From Octopus sinensis (lineage: Eukaryota), in the NCBI RefSeq assembly GCF_006345805.1, contig NC_043000.1, positions 55,242,001 to 55,306,000 on the forward strand: a DNA stretch of 64,000 nucleotides, written 5' to 3'. The position numbers were made by a program, and so were the translations under genes. Shown one piece after another: positions 13,442 to 28,429 of this stretch (the stretch's first letter is position 1; every line of letters begins with the position of its first letter). The notes beneath the pieces are model-generated. The model did no database searches, was not told the DNA's origin, and worked only from the letters and a program-made list of their open reading frames with translations.

Positions 13442-14426
13442 ATGTATGTATGTATGTATGCATATAGGCAATACGCTGCACTATCTCTCTCGAGGATAAC
13501 TGATCTATCTTGTCATGAAAGATATCCATTCTGAATTAATCTCAAACCAATGGTAGCTCATACACAAGAAAGACTTCCTTAGACTTCGATTGTACATGCA
13601 CAACAGCAGAGTAAACAAACCTTATTAATCATAGTAAAAAATTATCAATATCTAATACATAATCCATATATGCTAACAAACACTGCAAATGTACAGTACT
13701 TCTCCAGGAGAGAACCTTTCAAAGATGAATCATGTTTAAAAACAGTTTATCTTAATTAAAAAAAACATTGACCCGGAAGTGAAAGAGACATTTATCGATG
13801 TTACGCTGTCTTTTCCTACCATCAGTGCCACCTACTCGTCGCTATGATTTTAAACATTATACATATCTAAAGGCGTTTCCACTGGTATTTAAATACTGCC
13901 GCTTTTGACAACACAGATACATTAAGTATGTGATATTGCTTATGTATGGAGCTGCTCCAAACAAAATTTGAATTTTGCTTTTCTTGTGCGACGCTTTTAC
14001 AAACTGGCCAATGTGTTTTACGCTATTTGTATACACATCTCTAGCTGGCTGAGGTGCACCGTTTCAAAGTGGAAGGAATGTGTGAAACTGAGGAGCGGAA
14101 ATGACGTTGAGATATTGATATTTCCCCTTTCCTTCCGCACTGATTATGCTTTGCGTAGCTTTCAAATAGGTTGTTTTTAAATAGATACTGCGACTTTGTA
14201 GCATTTACTAACACGCATATGTTAAGTACAGAATGTTGATAGTACTTACATTACGAAGCTGCTTCAAACACAAACCTCGAGCTTATTCTGAATATTTCCT
14301 CTCGGCATGCGCTAAAGGACAACCAGGACCTATGTAAAATTATACTAACAATGCCAGCCACAAAAATTGATATTTAATCTGACAACACCTGATCCAGTAT
14401 AGCCACCATCTATCAATCTATCTGTA

Positions 14427-14456
<30 letters not shown>

Positions 14457-14460
<4 letters not shown>

Positions 14461-15423
14461 AAGGTGTACCCAAAAGTTATCGGAAACGTTCTATGTAGGA
14501 CAAGCCACTAGAAGCCACTTGTTGTGACCCTCAGACATCAGTTATCCTATTAGGTCATAATACTACGAGATGGTGCGTCTTTTTTTGTGCTTCTCCCATA
14601 TTCCTCGATTTTTGCTATGCCCGAAATGAAGGAACTGCCTGCTTCCGTGAAATTCTGTTTATGCTCGAAACAGTTTAGAAGGACGCTGCCGATCGAAGCA
14701 CGAGTTTATGTGTGGTTTTCACACTCTAGCAATGGTCGCTTGCTGCTTGAGCACCAGCCTTGTTCAGGACAACCGTCAACCTCCCAGACGAATGCAAACA
14801 TCATAAAAATACATGAATTAATCTTGGAGGACTGTCACCGAACAATTTACGAACTTACTGATATGGCTTTTATGTGCTAGAGCTCCTGGTAACGAATTTT
14901 AAGCGATGAATTGCGAATGAAAAGAGTTGCAGCAAAATGTGTGTCTCGCTTGCTCGTGGAAGATCAAAAGCAGTCACGATTGAATGCATGTCGTGAGCAG
15001 AAAAAACTTTTAGAAGTTGACACGGACCTTTTTTCAAAGTTACGGAAGCTGGTGCTACGGAATTTGCTGACGTGGATAGGTGAATAAAAAACGACGGAGG
15101 TGTTAAAAAGTATTACTTCGCATGAGTTCCCGTATTGCCTCCGACAGTGGAAAGCGCGTTGGACCGATTAAACAGTCATTATAAGCTCGGGGCTGGTGTT
15201 TGAAGCAGCTTCGTAATGTAAGCACTATCAATTTTACGTACTTAATATATGTGTGTTAGTAAACGCTAAAAAGCTGCAGTACTTTGTTTAGGTTAAACCC
15301 GTTTAAAGGCGTCTCTATGTAAAAACAATATCTACGTTGAAGGTGATAAAAGTGTAAACATGTAGAGCTAAATGAAAGAAAAGGTGTTGCAAAATTCACG
15401 TTCCTTTTCAGTACCCCTTCGTA
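14457..15423 (+). mobile_element. Degenerate mariner transposon
   Basis: Ends are gcgaaggtgtacccaaaag and cttttcagtaccccttcgta. Protein remnants: RVYVWF...SGQPSTS...IHELILEDCHRTIYEL, MKRVAAKCVSRLL, WKARW...YVEGD*. Confidence 0.8.
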
Positions 15424-17559
15424 TTATTTCTGTGAATCACTCACTTGAATGATTATGTCCCAATATACCTTAACACAAGAAAGCAGATAAACTTAGATAT
15501 CCATTTTGACAAACGTATTAACTGAAAATGACTAACTTTTCTGAGGTAACTCACAGCTTTCTGCTCTCTAACAAAAGGACTGCTTGATGATATGATGCAT
15601 TTGGATCATCGAGCTATAACTGTATCATCAAGAAGAGTATAACATTAATATATCTTTGAAAATTGTTTAAATCATGAAAATATCTTCAGGATACGAACGC
15701 AACGTCATTGGATTCCGTCGAATATTAATTATACACTTGCTGATCTTTCTCATTACTATGTGGAGATAGTAATGAAACAAAACTTCATTATTGTACTAAA
15801 ATATTTGATTTGGCTTCAGTATTGTTGTTTACAATCGCTACTAACACTAACATCCCTACAGTGTGCATACTGCTTTCGTAATTAATTTCAAAATTAATGT
15901 CTGTTTTATTCCTTTAAAGCAATAACTATGAACTGGTTATACGTATAACGTTACTATCCTCAGTATATTACATTATAGTTGTCTCTATTTCTTCATATCC
16001 TTTATAATTGTAATTAATATGTTGTGAATTAAAACAGAAATTAATATAGGTCTAATATACCCGTATCTTTTAGTCTAGACATTTTGTCTTTCTAGAAAGA
16101 TCCACATGATACGATTACAGATCAATAGATAATGAAATACAAATTAAACTACATAGTAGGCCCGTTCATCAGTTTTACAGCTTCATTCTGGCAGTTTTCG
16201 AGTCGAGGTGATTAAACATTTGTATTACCTCAAAGACCACTGGCCTTATATCTAAATTAAAATCAAATATTGCAAAATGACAAACAATAATGAAATAGAA
16301 TGATGAATATTTTTACTCTAACACGAAAATCATTTTCAATGAAAAAAAATGTTCTTGCACAACGACAATTTTCACCGTTAGCAAATATATTGTTGAAGAA
16401 GAACTTTAAAATGCTCGTAGCATTCTCAGGTGTTCCATGACTTGCGGCATTTGATAAGAGGTAGAGGTTAACTCAGTTTTTAAAACAAAAGTGTTTCTAC
16501 AATTTTAGTCTATAGTTGAAAATATCCTAGTAGTACAAAATATTACATCAGAAAATTATAGCTCTAGCAACCGTTTAGTTCAACCATTTTAATAACCATA
16601 CCATCATATCATATTCTTGATATCTTGACTCATTGCCGAAACAAATTATATTCACAAGAGTAATTTAGGATAATAAAATGCTGGAAGATGTCGCTGTAGT
16701 CTATAGCTAATACAGTGACACGGGTCTAGTCATTGATTTTTAATATTTTAGGATTTTTTATATTCTTGCATGCTATTATCCCTGAAAATATCATTAAATA
16801 AGAATATTCCATTTCTCCCATTGTAAAATGTAGATTACTAATTGCTGTCAAAATTAATTACGTACATTATAGGAGCATTATTAGCACCACAGATGTCACA
16901 GATGGCAAGAGGGCACACTATACTAATATCGGTCGTGTATTGAGGCATATTGATTTTCTTGAACTAAATTCCCTACGGAACATCTTGAATCTAGTTACAT
17001 CTAATATCATGTTTTATAAAATTATGCTATCTGTACCTAAACAAAAGTAATAGACATGCTATAGATCAACGATAAGCTATATACGCAATACATCCAATTT
17101 GAATATGACAATTCCTGATTACTATTTCAACCAAAAAATAGTGCTGGTAAGTTTTTTGCGCCGTCTCTCCAGATCCACAGAAATAAATAACCAATATATT
17201 TTAAATGTAAAATTCGCTAAATACTTCCCAAAAATTTAGAGAGTAATGTGTGCGATGTGAAATGTGAGTGAAGGGAGAACTGTTTGATTTAAGAAGCGAT
17301 ATAAGATCTGAATTGCGAAGAAAGTTGAGTTAGTTGCAAAAGATAAAAGTTGATAATGTAGTGAGAAAAAAACCAAACATTTCAATGCAAATTAGTTCAA
17401 TGCAAATACAAATTATTCGAGGCTACAAACTACACATAATATTTATTCTTCCATAAATTACGTCTTCAATAGCATCTCAAGTGGTATGATACACCGACAT
17501 TGTAACTTTTACGGGTAAAATATTCAAGCGCTACACATTTCACAAAGATACCATGAACC

Positions 17560-18130
17560 CGTATTTCCTCTAAACATATACAGCTGTCACTTCGAGCTCT
17601 CACGCTTCCCCCAAAAGCTGGCTCTCTGTTACGAAAGGGCTATACCAGCAAAAGCACATTCATAGCAAAGGTAGGAAAGCATCTCATTGATAAGGCCTTC
17701 TGTTAACAGACAAGTAGTAGCTCAGCTTTGTAAGGCTGAAACGATGCCAATATATGGATCCAACCAATAAATTGCAGTTAATGACTAACGAACAATCTAT
17801 TCTCTGGCTTATATGAATGCTCTTTTTTCTTGGTGTCTCCGATCGCAGCTGCAATGTCTTCTGTTCTTGGACCTTGATAGCCTAATAACCACATCACTCT
17901 AGTACCCGAACCCACTCGTATATCCATTGATCGTCACTTTTGTTATGTCCGCTATTCCCGACACTACATTGACCAATTTGTTCAATCCTTTCTCTTCAAG
18001 ACTTTTTGAACTGTGGAATCTCCTCTTTCAATAGACGTACTGACCTGCAACAGGTTAAACAGAATATAAAATTTATTTCACTGGTCCTCAAGTATCCGCG
18101 AGACACATGGGCAACACCGTTTTCCCCGAA
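17560..18130 (+). mobile_element. Highly degenerate LINE 3' coding remnant
   Basis: ttctcttcaagactttttgaactgtggaatctcct resembles the F..RT..LWN.LP C-terminal motif of CR1/L2/Jockey-type ORF2, and GC is locally higher. Confidence 0.35.
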
Positions 18131-18664
18131 GACTCGAAAATTACAAAAATCATTAACATAAAATAAACCTGTTCGGTATGTAGCCAGGTAGATTATCGAA
18201 AGCTTTGTAAAATGTTAGAAGCAAGATATAATTAAAGTTAATAAGAGGCATACACATAACATGAATTCAAGATATTTGTTTATTTATGGCTTAACATATT
18301 CTCACTAATCCACATGTAGTTCTATATAATTAACAGTTTATTACATGCAAAACTCTTTCTACTGAGCCTTGTGAAACGTATTTTATTTTTGGGAATCATG
18401 CATGTTATTTTTTCCATTTTGTTACATTATATTATGACGTTGAATATTTGAAACGATTTCTGCTGCTACACAGTTCACGAGAAATAGAAGCTTTCATTTG
18501 AATCGCGCAACGCTACGATATATCCGCATAACACGTAAAGCAATAAGTTTAGAATTCTGAACTATGTATAAAAACATATGCTATTTACTGCCAAGACATA
18601 ACTAAATATTTAAATTATCAATTGTGTTTTTCAGGAAATTATTTCTTTAGTCAAACATACCTAT

Positions 18665-18868
<204 letters not shown>

Positions 18869-19580
18869 TATAAATAAATCCTACGCTTTCTATTTGAAAC
18901 ATCATTTTATTTAAAGATCTGTACCTTATCTATAATATTTTCTGAATTGAATTTTATCTATGATTTTGAAAAAATATCTAAAACTGTAACTGTAATTATT
19001 ATATGTGAGTATTTTATACATTTGCTAATAAACATCAAGTTATCTCTAATTTTTCATGGAAATAAATTTTCACTGAAAATATTGTTTTAAATAGCAAATA
19101 TCATATCCCTTTCCACATACTAGATTCATTTTGACGCAAATTCTTTCTCTTTTATCATATCATAAATGTTCATTGGCTATATTTCGATTTACAAATAAAT
19201 GATATCCATGGATAATTTCCACATTTATGGCCTGTTTTACAAACTGAAACTGCCTGTTGCTTTTATCTTGTTCAGGTATAAATGTTTATTTTGTCTTTCG
19301 TACATGTTGCTAAGATATCGTCATGTTTTATGTTTTGTGGTAGCATTTCTGGAAAATTTAGGTTAGTTATTGGCAATTATTATTATTAAAAAATTATACA
19401 TTATTTATAACTATGGCTAGCCTTATTTCAGTGTTAGAAATCTTTTTCGTGTATAATACTAACTACACTTTATTCGACAATATATACTCTAATGTTCTCA
19501 AGAATCATCAATTACGTGAAGACGGAAATTCTCAACTATGCAAATGTTTACATTATCTGTTATTGTAGACAGAAGAGAAT

Positions 19581-19613
<33 letters not shown>

Positions 19614-20214
19614 CAGCTAAGAAGCAACTAATCAATACTCACAACAGAACACCACTGTAAGATGAAGATTCTAATTCTTTGTTTCATTTTCTCGCAATAG
19701 ACAGGTTGTCTTTAATCTACTATACGACCATTATATTTTCTAAGCTCACACTTATGTTTTAGAAAATGAAGGGATTTCTTCCGTTCTTCCTTTTCCAATC
19801 GAATCTAGTAGACTGTATTCTACATCGATGCAATGGTGAATCATGATTATTTTCTTGCTTTAAGCAAATATATATTATGTTACATGAAAATTGGTATTTC
19901 TTAAAGTAAATATAGTTGGAGTTTACTGCAGACACAACATTCCTATTAGTGAAAAGGAACTCTTCCGGGTTTTTACTCAGCTTTAATCTTAGCTTAACAA
20001 ACTAGGTACGTTTTCAAATATATCTTGGTACAAATAATGTTAATAAATGATATATGAATGATGTACATTTTTGAGTATCAATCTATATTAAAGTATAAAA
20101 TTATATACAAAAAGAAAATACATGTATAAATAAATGCATCACATATTTATGGATATCACAAAATGGATGAGAGGATGTACGTTGACTTTCAGTTTGCGTT
20201 CATTGCATATAATA

Positions 20215-20870
20215 TACATACAATATCAACATCCTTCGGAACTCCATTGACAATCCCTTTCCACACTACACGGTCCTGCATTGCTGTGATCAGATCTCTA
20301 ATGACCAGCCCTGAGTCCTGAGATATAGTATCTGGAAATGTCAGTTTCTTGGAGAAAACACTTCCAGAGGGATGCCATAGGAGCAGGGATAACATCGTTT
20401 TCTGCTCGATGACAGTAGCCAGCGAATTGTAGCGGTTTCTGCTTTGGTGTGAAGGATATTAATATCAGATTTCCGTAGATCTTATTAATTGTTGGGTGTG
20501 ATAACCAAATAATATTCTGTATCTTTCTGAGCAAGTTGGTATAAGTTCCATCGGGTTGTTTTTCTACGAGAGCCGATAAGGTGCAGGTCTCTGTTCCATA
20601 GAGAAGGGCCGGCTCAATCAGTGTCTAAATATTTTAACTTTTAACGTGAGTGGAAGGTTTGAGTGCCAGATCTTATCAAGTCTATTACATGCATTCCAAG
20701 TAAGAGTTTTCCGGATGCGAAAGTCCTTTTGGGAGTCTACTATGTGTGATCCCAGATATTTGAAGTCGTCAACGTTTTTGATTGATATATTATTGAGCCA
20801 TTTATGTTTCGTTAACTTGGAGGAAGTCGTGATAAACTCAGTCTTAATCTCCTTGGAGTAAAGATCAGGT
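20215..20870 (-). mobile_element. RTE-like LINE, 3' part of RT (degenerate)
   Basis: VDDFKYLGSHI...DFRIRK..TWNACNRLDKIW.SNL...KVKIFR...LLYGTET; LQFAGYCHR; AMQDRVVW. Confidence 0.85.
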
Positions 20871-21658
20871 CGCTCTTCAGCGCTACTTGTAAAATGTAAC
20901 CCAGTACAACCTGTCACATAATCGGGTCGTTGGCGATTAAACTGGCAACCCCATTAAGCTTGCTTGGTGAGGAAGGCGACGTTGGACACCCTGCGCGACG
21001 AAAAATAAGACCCATTAAAGGGCAGAAGACTTCTGTAGTCAACGACCAATTCAGCAATATTTGATAGTTACGCGTGTGCGAAAGTTTGAGTGTGTGTGTA
21101 TGTTGGTGTGCATGTGTATGTGTGTGTATCATGTGTGTGTATTTTGTGTGCGTATTTTTCTGACTGCTGTGTTTTATATATTGTATAACATTTGTAATTC
21201 TCATGTATTTGTACATGTGCTTCTACATCTCCGAATCTATTTTATTTTCTTGTCCCTATTTTATCTTCATCTTTCTATCTGCGATTGAGGTATGTGGGGG
21301 TACGACACACATGGCGTAACGACCATGCCCTGCTGCATAGCTGGAATGGGTTAAACAGGACACCCTTAGCCGAGGTGAAGGCAGCTTGCCTAGGAGAATC
21401 TCTTATAAGAAAACCAGCTGCATAACTGAAATAACAAGTCGGTTTCTGGCGCGGGATAAATTTACCTCATGTTTAGGAAGAGGTCTAAAGACTTGGACGG
21501 CAATCTCTCTTGAGATGGTGTCTGGTATGTAAAAATACCCGGATGTAGGACTGGCGATCCACTTATGTATCACCTACCGAAAGAAGAATACAACATATAT
21601 ATGCGTGCGTTTTTTGTGTATTGTAAATAAAAAAATATCCTTATGTATAATACAATGT

Positions 21659-21689
<31 letters not shown>

Positions 21690-22152
21690 TATAGATAGAT
21701 AGATAGATAGATGCATACATGAATACATACGGATAAACGTATATACATACATATGTTGATGGAAGCAATTTATGCATTTAGGACAATTTAGTACGCAAGG
21801 TAAATTTATAAGCCTGTTTTTAGTAATATAGATTACTTTGAACAGTAAACACTGTGGTTAAAAATTAGTTATTACCAGACTGACCCTGAATGGTGATCGA
21901 TATGAATATATGCATTTTTTAACGCATCAAAAGAAATCGATTTCTCATTTGACTCCGGAAAATCTTAGATTTTATCTATTTATAACCTACACGTACTTAC
22001 ACAGTCATAAGTATGGACTACGTAATTTGCATAACAATGTACTTGTTGGTAACACAAATAAATTAATAGAAACGTTGCACAGATTTAGGATATATAGCAA
22101 TATGAAGTAAGTTTATAAAAGTCTCTATTTCGCAAAAACATATTTTAACCTT

Positions 22153-22425
22153 ATAATGGTTCTCAGCCATTTTTATCTATGGACCCCTTTGATTATCATT
22201 TTCTTATATAGAACCCCTTTGATTATTATTTTATTCTGGTGATCCCTATAGACATTCGATATTTAAAAACAAGTTTTATAGAATTTTTTTCTAAATTTCT
22301 GTTTTTCACACTTTAAATTGCATAGTTTGAATATATTGTTGTGGACGATTTATCGTTTTGCTGCGTAGAGCCCCAAAAATCTTATATGGTTATTCAGAGG
22401 CCATATGGACCTTGGTTGAAAATAT
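22153..22425. mobile_element. Possible hAT-type MITE
   Basis: Left end tggttctcagcc and right end ggttgaaaa resemble decayed CAGTGGTTCTCAACC-like TIRs, with internal ggaccccc repeats. Confidence 0.35.
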
Positions 22426-22667
22426 ATAAGTAAATACTGTTGTTACAATACAAGGGTTGTATTTCAGAACCTGGAAAACAAGAACTCACTAGTTTTAGCA
22501 TGTATTTAAGCTTTGTTAGAGATTGGTTACACTCAGAATGTAACTGATTACCAGAGTTATAGAAAGGTTAGAATTAGCGTTTACTACAAGTACACTTTCT
22601 TATGTTCACATCATATTTGTTTGTCCTTTTGTCTCCTATTTCGTATATCACTCAATCTCTGTCTATT

Positions 22668-22720
<53 letters not shown>

Positions 22721-23099
22721 GTCTTTTAGTGTGAAAACTAGAAACATCTATAATAAAAACGTCTGTGACATTTCAGCCTACATGAAAAAAGACATCGTCA
22801 TTTGACAACATTTCAAAAATAATGAAAACTTGGAAATGATGAGTTGAAGCAATTGTAGTGGCATGTAATAGAGCCTGCATTAATATTTTTGTATATACTT
22901 TACATATATTTACTGATCTTTAAATGTATATCCAGTGACAGACAGCTCACGTATGATAGCATTTGGTAGCCAATGCCTGCAGTGGAGCTTTGAAAAGTAT
23001 ACTACAAGCCTTCTTTTGCCCATATTATATACATATACATATGTGGGTGTGTGTGTGTGTGTGTGTGTGTGTTGTGTGTGTTAAGCACCTACCCAAGCG

Positions 23100-25260
23100 T
23101 TATTTTCTCATATGTGCAAATTTTTGCAGACGTATTTCTTGAAAGAATCCCTTGACTACAAAGTTTTGATTCCCTCAATTATTCTTGGCCTTGGAAGTAT
23201 ACACCTTGGGATGTTTTGCCGGTTAGCTGGTTTCCTCCTTCTCGTTAAAGCACTGTACTGACTATTACACATGCATTATTTTAAATACAGTCCTTACAAT
23301 TTATTTTGCTTCATTGAAAAATGCAATATAGCTGAAAAGTATTTCCTTTCCAGAAAGAATGTTTAAGTACTAGGCGTCAAAGTAATTTTGTGGCGAGCGT
23401 GGCTGTTATTTACTCATGTGAGAGGACGTGCATGAATATAATTATAGGCGAGGAGACACATGCAATTTAAAAGTTCAATAATTGGATCAAGGGAACTTTT
23501 CTTTTGCTTTTGTCAAGGCGAGAGTCTTTAGTAAATTTTCTTCTTACACGCTATCAATCTAAACTTTATGTTCTAATGCCAATCTAACCTTCCGTAATTT
23601 CTTACGTCAACGGGATAACAGTTCAATAATTGATTGTTGCGCTTTAGTGCACTATTCTCCCATGATTTGAGGACAATATGTCACGAATTTTGAAGTGCTG
23701 AGTCTTCATTGTAACATTATTGATTTCATAAAGTTTTTTCAAGTTAATTTTCCTTTGGTACACCTTGCTTCCATCTTTACATTTTCTATTGTTCCATTCT
23801 CATGTTGAAAACTAATCATGCCATGCTGCTCATTTGATGCCAATGCAGTTTAAGGCTTGCACCTATCTCAAAATAGGTGACTACATAACATATGATTCAC
23901 ATTTATCAGCATCTGAGACACTTGGAATCTTATTCATTTTTTTGGAAACCTTGATCTTTCCTTCAAACTTTTATTGTCACATATTCTCTCATTTAGAACA
24001 AATTAATTATACGATCATAACAGAGAATAATTCGCTGATTACGAGAAATGAGGGTTTTAAGGATACAATTTGAATCAGGGGAACGGAAATTCAAGTAGAA
24101 CTTTCATGTATTTAAAGTGGGTACAGGAATTCAAAATCTGCTGTACGCCGAGGCATAAATCAAATCTGCTTCTCTTCCCATAATTACGCAGAGTAGAAAT
24201 TCTTACTATGCTTCCACGAAAGCTGTTACTCCGAGCCATCGGTAAAACGTGTGTGTGATGTGTCATGTCATCTTCTACCAATAATAATTGTCATTTATAA
24301 AATTCAAGCTCCTAATACTTGGTTGATATCAATGATGTTGAAGTTTTGATTTTCAGTGGGAAAGCTTAATGGCAAACATTTTGATATATATATACAGTAT
24401 CTTGTCTCAATGTTCTTTCAATATTTATTTCATACACTTCTCGAAAAGGCTTCTTGAATAATGTAATCTTTTATCATCTACTCTTCAAACTGTTGATGTA
24501 GTTACCATGGCTGTTTGGATTATTTTTTAGAACATATCATATCAAAGGTGTGTCTGAAGGTCGTTGAGAAAGATTTAGTTACGTACTTAACCCGTGCACT
24601 TTCATTGTTTATTGGTTTTCGTTCTTCTGCCCGTTCTTTAAAAGATGCGTCGATACTACTTGAAGACATTAGCACATGTTTTCTTCCTTCAGAATCATAA
24701 ACAAATTTTTGAGATGAATAGCTCAACCCCTTTAATACGGTACGTGCATTTTCTTGCAATCGTTCAATACTTTTACCGGACTTGCAGAGTATATATTTTC
24801 GTTTTTCCTAAACACACCTTAACTGAAGACAGATGAATGGAATATGCTTCATGTCGACATAGATTGTTTATTCATGACAGAACTCACTGCCAAAAGTGTA
24901 TTTATATTATCAATTTCTAATAAGTTCCTGACTTCTCCTTCTGTGAAGTCCAAACTTACTTCTCTTTCTTCTTATTTTTTAAACTTCATTTTACTTCCTT
25001 TGAATTTACTTTTTGCTTGTATTTCTGCCCCTTATTCAATTTATTGCTGTGTCACTTGCTGACATTTTGCAGCAAATTTCCCAATATTTTATGCCGGCTT
25101 TACCTTTCTATGATAATTATTGTCTTTTTCCTGTTGTTCGAAACGAGTACCTTTTCTCTGTAACAGAGAAATCATTTGCATTACCTGTTGTACATTTCAA
25201 AATCAGAATAGTTTAACTCTGTACCCTAGGCTGTCATATAATTTGACTCACCTTTGCCGC
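23100..25260 (-). mobile_element. Very old APE-type LINE remnant (ORF1 end, endonuclease, RT start)
   Basis: Broken - strand frames with GD..H-like (LVEDDMTHH) and S.IDL-like (SRFDLCLG) APE motifs, plus many stops and frameshifts. Confidence 0.35.
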
Positions 25261-25849
25261 CACAATCACTGCCGATAGTCATTTAAATCATCTATGATTA
25301 TGGGAGTGAATGATTGGTGAGAATCGTAAAAGACAATAGCTACGTGATAGAGATGAGTGCTATAAATGTCCTCGTGCACATTTAGAAGCTAATTTCAAGT
25401 ATTTATATTGTAGGCAACTTGAACACAGGCAGCAACAATGGTAAAAACAAAATTCTTTGTAAATCTGTTTTATAAGTGACTTGTTTGTTTAATCTATCTC
25501 TCTGCTCCTCCGTCAAACGCTATCTTCAATTATGAGTTAAAAGAACTATGTTGGTCATTTTATCTTTTAGTGAAAAAAAAAGCAATACCCCACCACTTGC
25601 CATCCGAAGTGTAAAGTGATAGCATTGGACAGGGCAAAGGATAATGTCTAGCACTGAAGGTGAGATTGGATGAATTTGAACTCAGAAAGTAAAGAAACGG
25701 AAGTAATACCGGAAGGTATATGTTCCGTGTTTCAGTTCTTCAAAGCCACAAACCTGGAGTGATACAATTTAACAACCCTCATAGAATAAAAGCAGTTTAT
25801 AATTACCTCATTAGGATTCAAACCCACAGCGCAGGATTTTGGAACAAAT

Positions 25850-26010
25850 AATCTTTTGTACACTAGGCACAAGGCTCGAAATTTTGGGGGATGGGCCAGT
25901 CGATTAGATCGGCCCAGTACACAACTGGTACTTAATTTATTCACACCGAAAGGATGAAAGGCAAAGTTGACCACGGCAGAATTTCGGAACAAATATGTAA
26001 AGAACATATT
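25850..26010 (-). mobile_element. tRNA-type SINE (family B) fragment
   Basis: ccgaaaggatgaaaggcaaagttgacc...ggcacaaggctcgaaattttgggg is shared with the other family B copies. Confidence 0.75.
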
Positions 26011-26554
26011 CTGACCAGCATTCTAATGATTCTGCTAATTTGTCACCCGGGGGAACGAAAGGGAAAATATATTTATTTAATGTATTCATTAGATTCACAT
26101 ATGCAACTTCCATTTTATTAGAAAATTATGGAATCCAAGATATCAGCTATTCTATTACCAAGGAATTTTTACCGAAAGCAAACATACAATGTATTATGTA
26201 TATTTTAAATTTTATGCATATTTTTATAAAGAATAATAAAATAAAATTAAAATATTTTATGGCACATGCATGTTACCAAAAGATTTCTCCTTATGTACAG
26301 AATTATTATCTATCATAGTTAAAAATATTTCATATTTAAAAATAATGTAATATGAAAACTATTAATATTCTGTTTGTTAAATTAGATGAATTTTTAGAAA
26401 AATGTTAATTTTTTTCAATTGCAATTTAATTTTGAAATAAAATGAATAAATAACAACATCAATGTTACATTGAACCGAATATATAAGGTTTTACTTAGAT
26501 TTTGTAATTTTTATAATTCTAATTACAGTTTTTTTCAAATACGAATTACCAAAT

Positions 26555-26938
26555 ATTCTTTCCTACACTAAGTACAAGACCCGAAAGTTTTGGGGAGAGG
26601 GACACCAGTACGCAACTGGTACTTAATTTATCGACCCCGAAACGATGCAAGGCAAAGTCGACCTCGGCGGAATTTGAACTCAGAACATAAAGACAGACGA
26701 AATACCTATTTCTTTACTGCCCACAAGGGGTTACACACAGAGGGGACAAAGAAGGACAGACAAACGGATTAAGTCGATTATATCGACCCCAGTGCATAAC
26801 TGGTACTTATTTAATCGACCTGAATTGATGAAAGACAAAGTCGAGCTCGGCGGAATTTGAACTCAGAACGTAACGGCAGACGAAATATCGATAAGCATTT
26901 CACCCGGCAGGCTAACGCTTCAGCCAGTTCGCTGCCTT
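26555..26938 (-). mobile_element. tRNA-type SINE (family B), internally duplicated or nested pair
   Basis: Two copies of gtcgacctcggcggaatttgaactcagaac (B-box-like gagttcaaattcc on -), with head aaggcagcgaactggctgaagcgttagc. Confidence 0.85.
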
Positions 26939-28178
26939 CAAATATTAATAAGCAATGCAACACTCCTTACAGAGAAGTAGGCAAGGACACAGAGAAAGAT
27001 GGCGGATGATAAAAATACATAAAATATATGAATACAATTCGACGACGACATACACGAGAACAACTTTCTCAAGAGCTGCGAGGAATATGTTGAAAAGCAT
27101 GGAGAAGTATAACAGATTCCTAAAATAACATTTTATAATTTACAGAACAGCATTCTCAAGCACACCAGCGACTTTCTGAAGAACAATGCCTTCAGCTAAT
27201 ATTTCAAGAAAATATTAATAGCCGAATAAGATAGGTCAAAAAGCTGTTTTTAGTGAAATAAATATGAAAATGATTCGCTCATGCTAAACGTAAATTTAAA
27301 TAATTTTCCCAATGAAAAAGCGTTTAATGCAACATATAGTCCTCTCAAAATTCAAATAGAGGTAACATTAAAACGATAAAATTCTTTTAAGTGTTATTAC
27401 ATATTTAAACTGAACACACACACACACATTATATTATATATAACCTGATATTGTAAAATGACAAAGAATTTAAATTTTGCTTGTTAATATGAAAAATTGA
27501 CAGATATTGAATTAGTAAACGTGGAAACACAAATTAGACTATGTATATAATAAGATACAAATTATTATGTTATTAAGAAAGAGCAATTTCCTTTAGCTAT
27601 TAACTTTTAATTTTAAAAGTCATATAACAATGTTGAAACTGAAATGAGTGCGCTGGCAAACAACAAAACATTTTAAAGTTGTATCCAGCCACTAATACAA
27701 CTTCTCTACCGACTATTCTGGGGAGGGTCATAAGGTTAAAGATCTCAGGCACCACCTCAATAAAGTTTATCAGAAGCACAGTCAATCCATTTTCTGAGGA
27801 AATTCCTAAGCCTGAATAATTGTGACTTCGAATATTATCCAACTTGCATGTTATTGGTCTACGCCTAGATCTCCTGTCGATTGGCATCGCTTGAAGTGTG
27901 TGTCCTGTTATTCTTTCAAGATACTTTCTAATCATTTGCCTGTAACACCAGAGGTGTTATTTTTCAATGTGACCACGTAGCACCTCGATTTGCATTGATT
28001 CCCTGAGCTCGCAGCTACGTAACCTGTCGAGTAACGTCACTTGAGAGATCCATCGGAGTAACTGTATTTCGGCCTCTTGTATTTGCGTTCGTACTCCTTC
28101 GGCCATCACTTAACATTCAATACCACATATGATGAGAAGCAGGAAAGACGAATTATAGAGGCACGAAGGACGAATTTC

Positions 28179-28395
28179 AGGCGGCGAGCTGGCAGAAACT
28201 TTAGCACGCCGGGCGAAATGCTTAGCGGTATTTCGTCTGCCGTTACGTTCTGAGGTTGACGTAACCTTACATCCTTTCGGGATCGATAAATTAAGTAGCA
28301 CTTACGCACTGGGGTCGATGTAATCGATTTACTTCTTTTGTTTGCCCATGTTTGTCCCCTCTATGTTTAGCCCCTTGTGGACAATAAAGAAATAA
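28179..28395 (+). mobile_element. tRNA-type SINE (family B)
   Basis: aggcggcgagctggcagaaactttagcacgccgggcgaaatgcttagcggtatttcgtc...catcctttcgggatcgataaattaag...gcccccttgtggacaataaagaaataa. Confidence 0.85.
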
Positions 28396-28429
28396 GAAAG
28401 ACGAATTATAGATATCTGAGGTTCGAAAT

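Noticed and set aside
26860-26938. tRNA gene
   Set aside because: The A/B-box-like motifs belong to multi-copy SINE heads and there is no complete cloverleaf.
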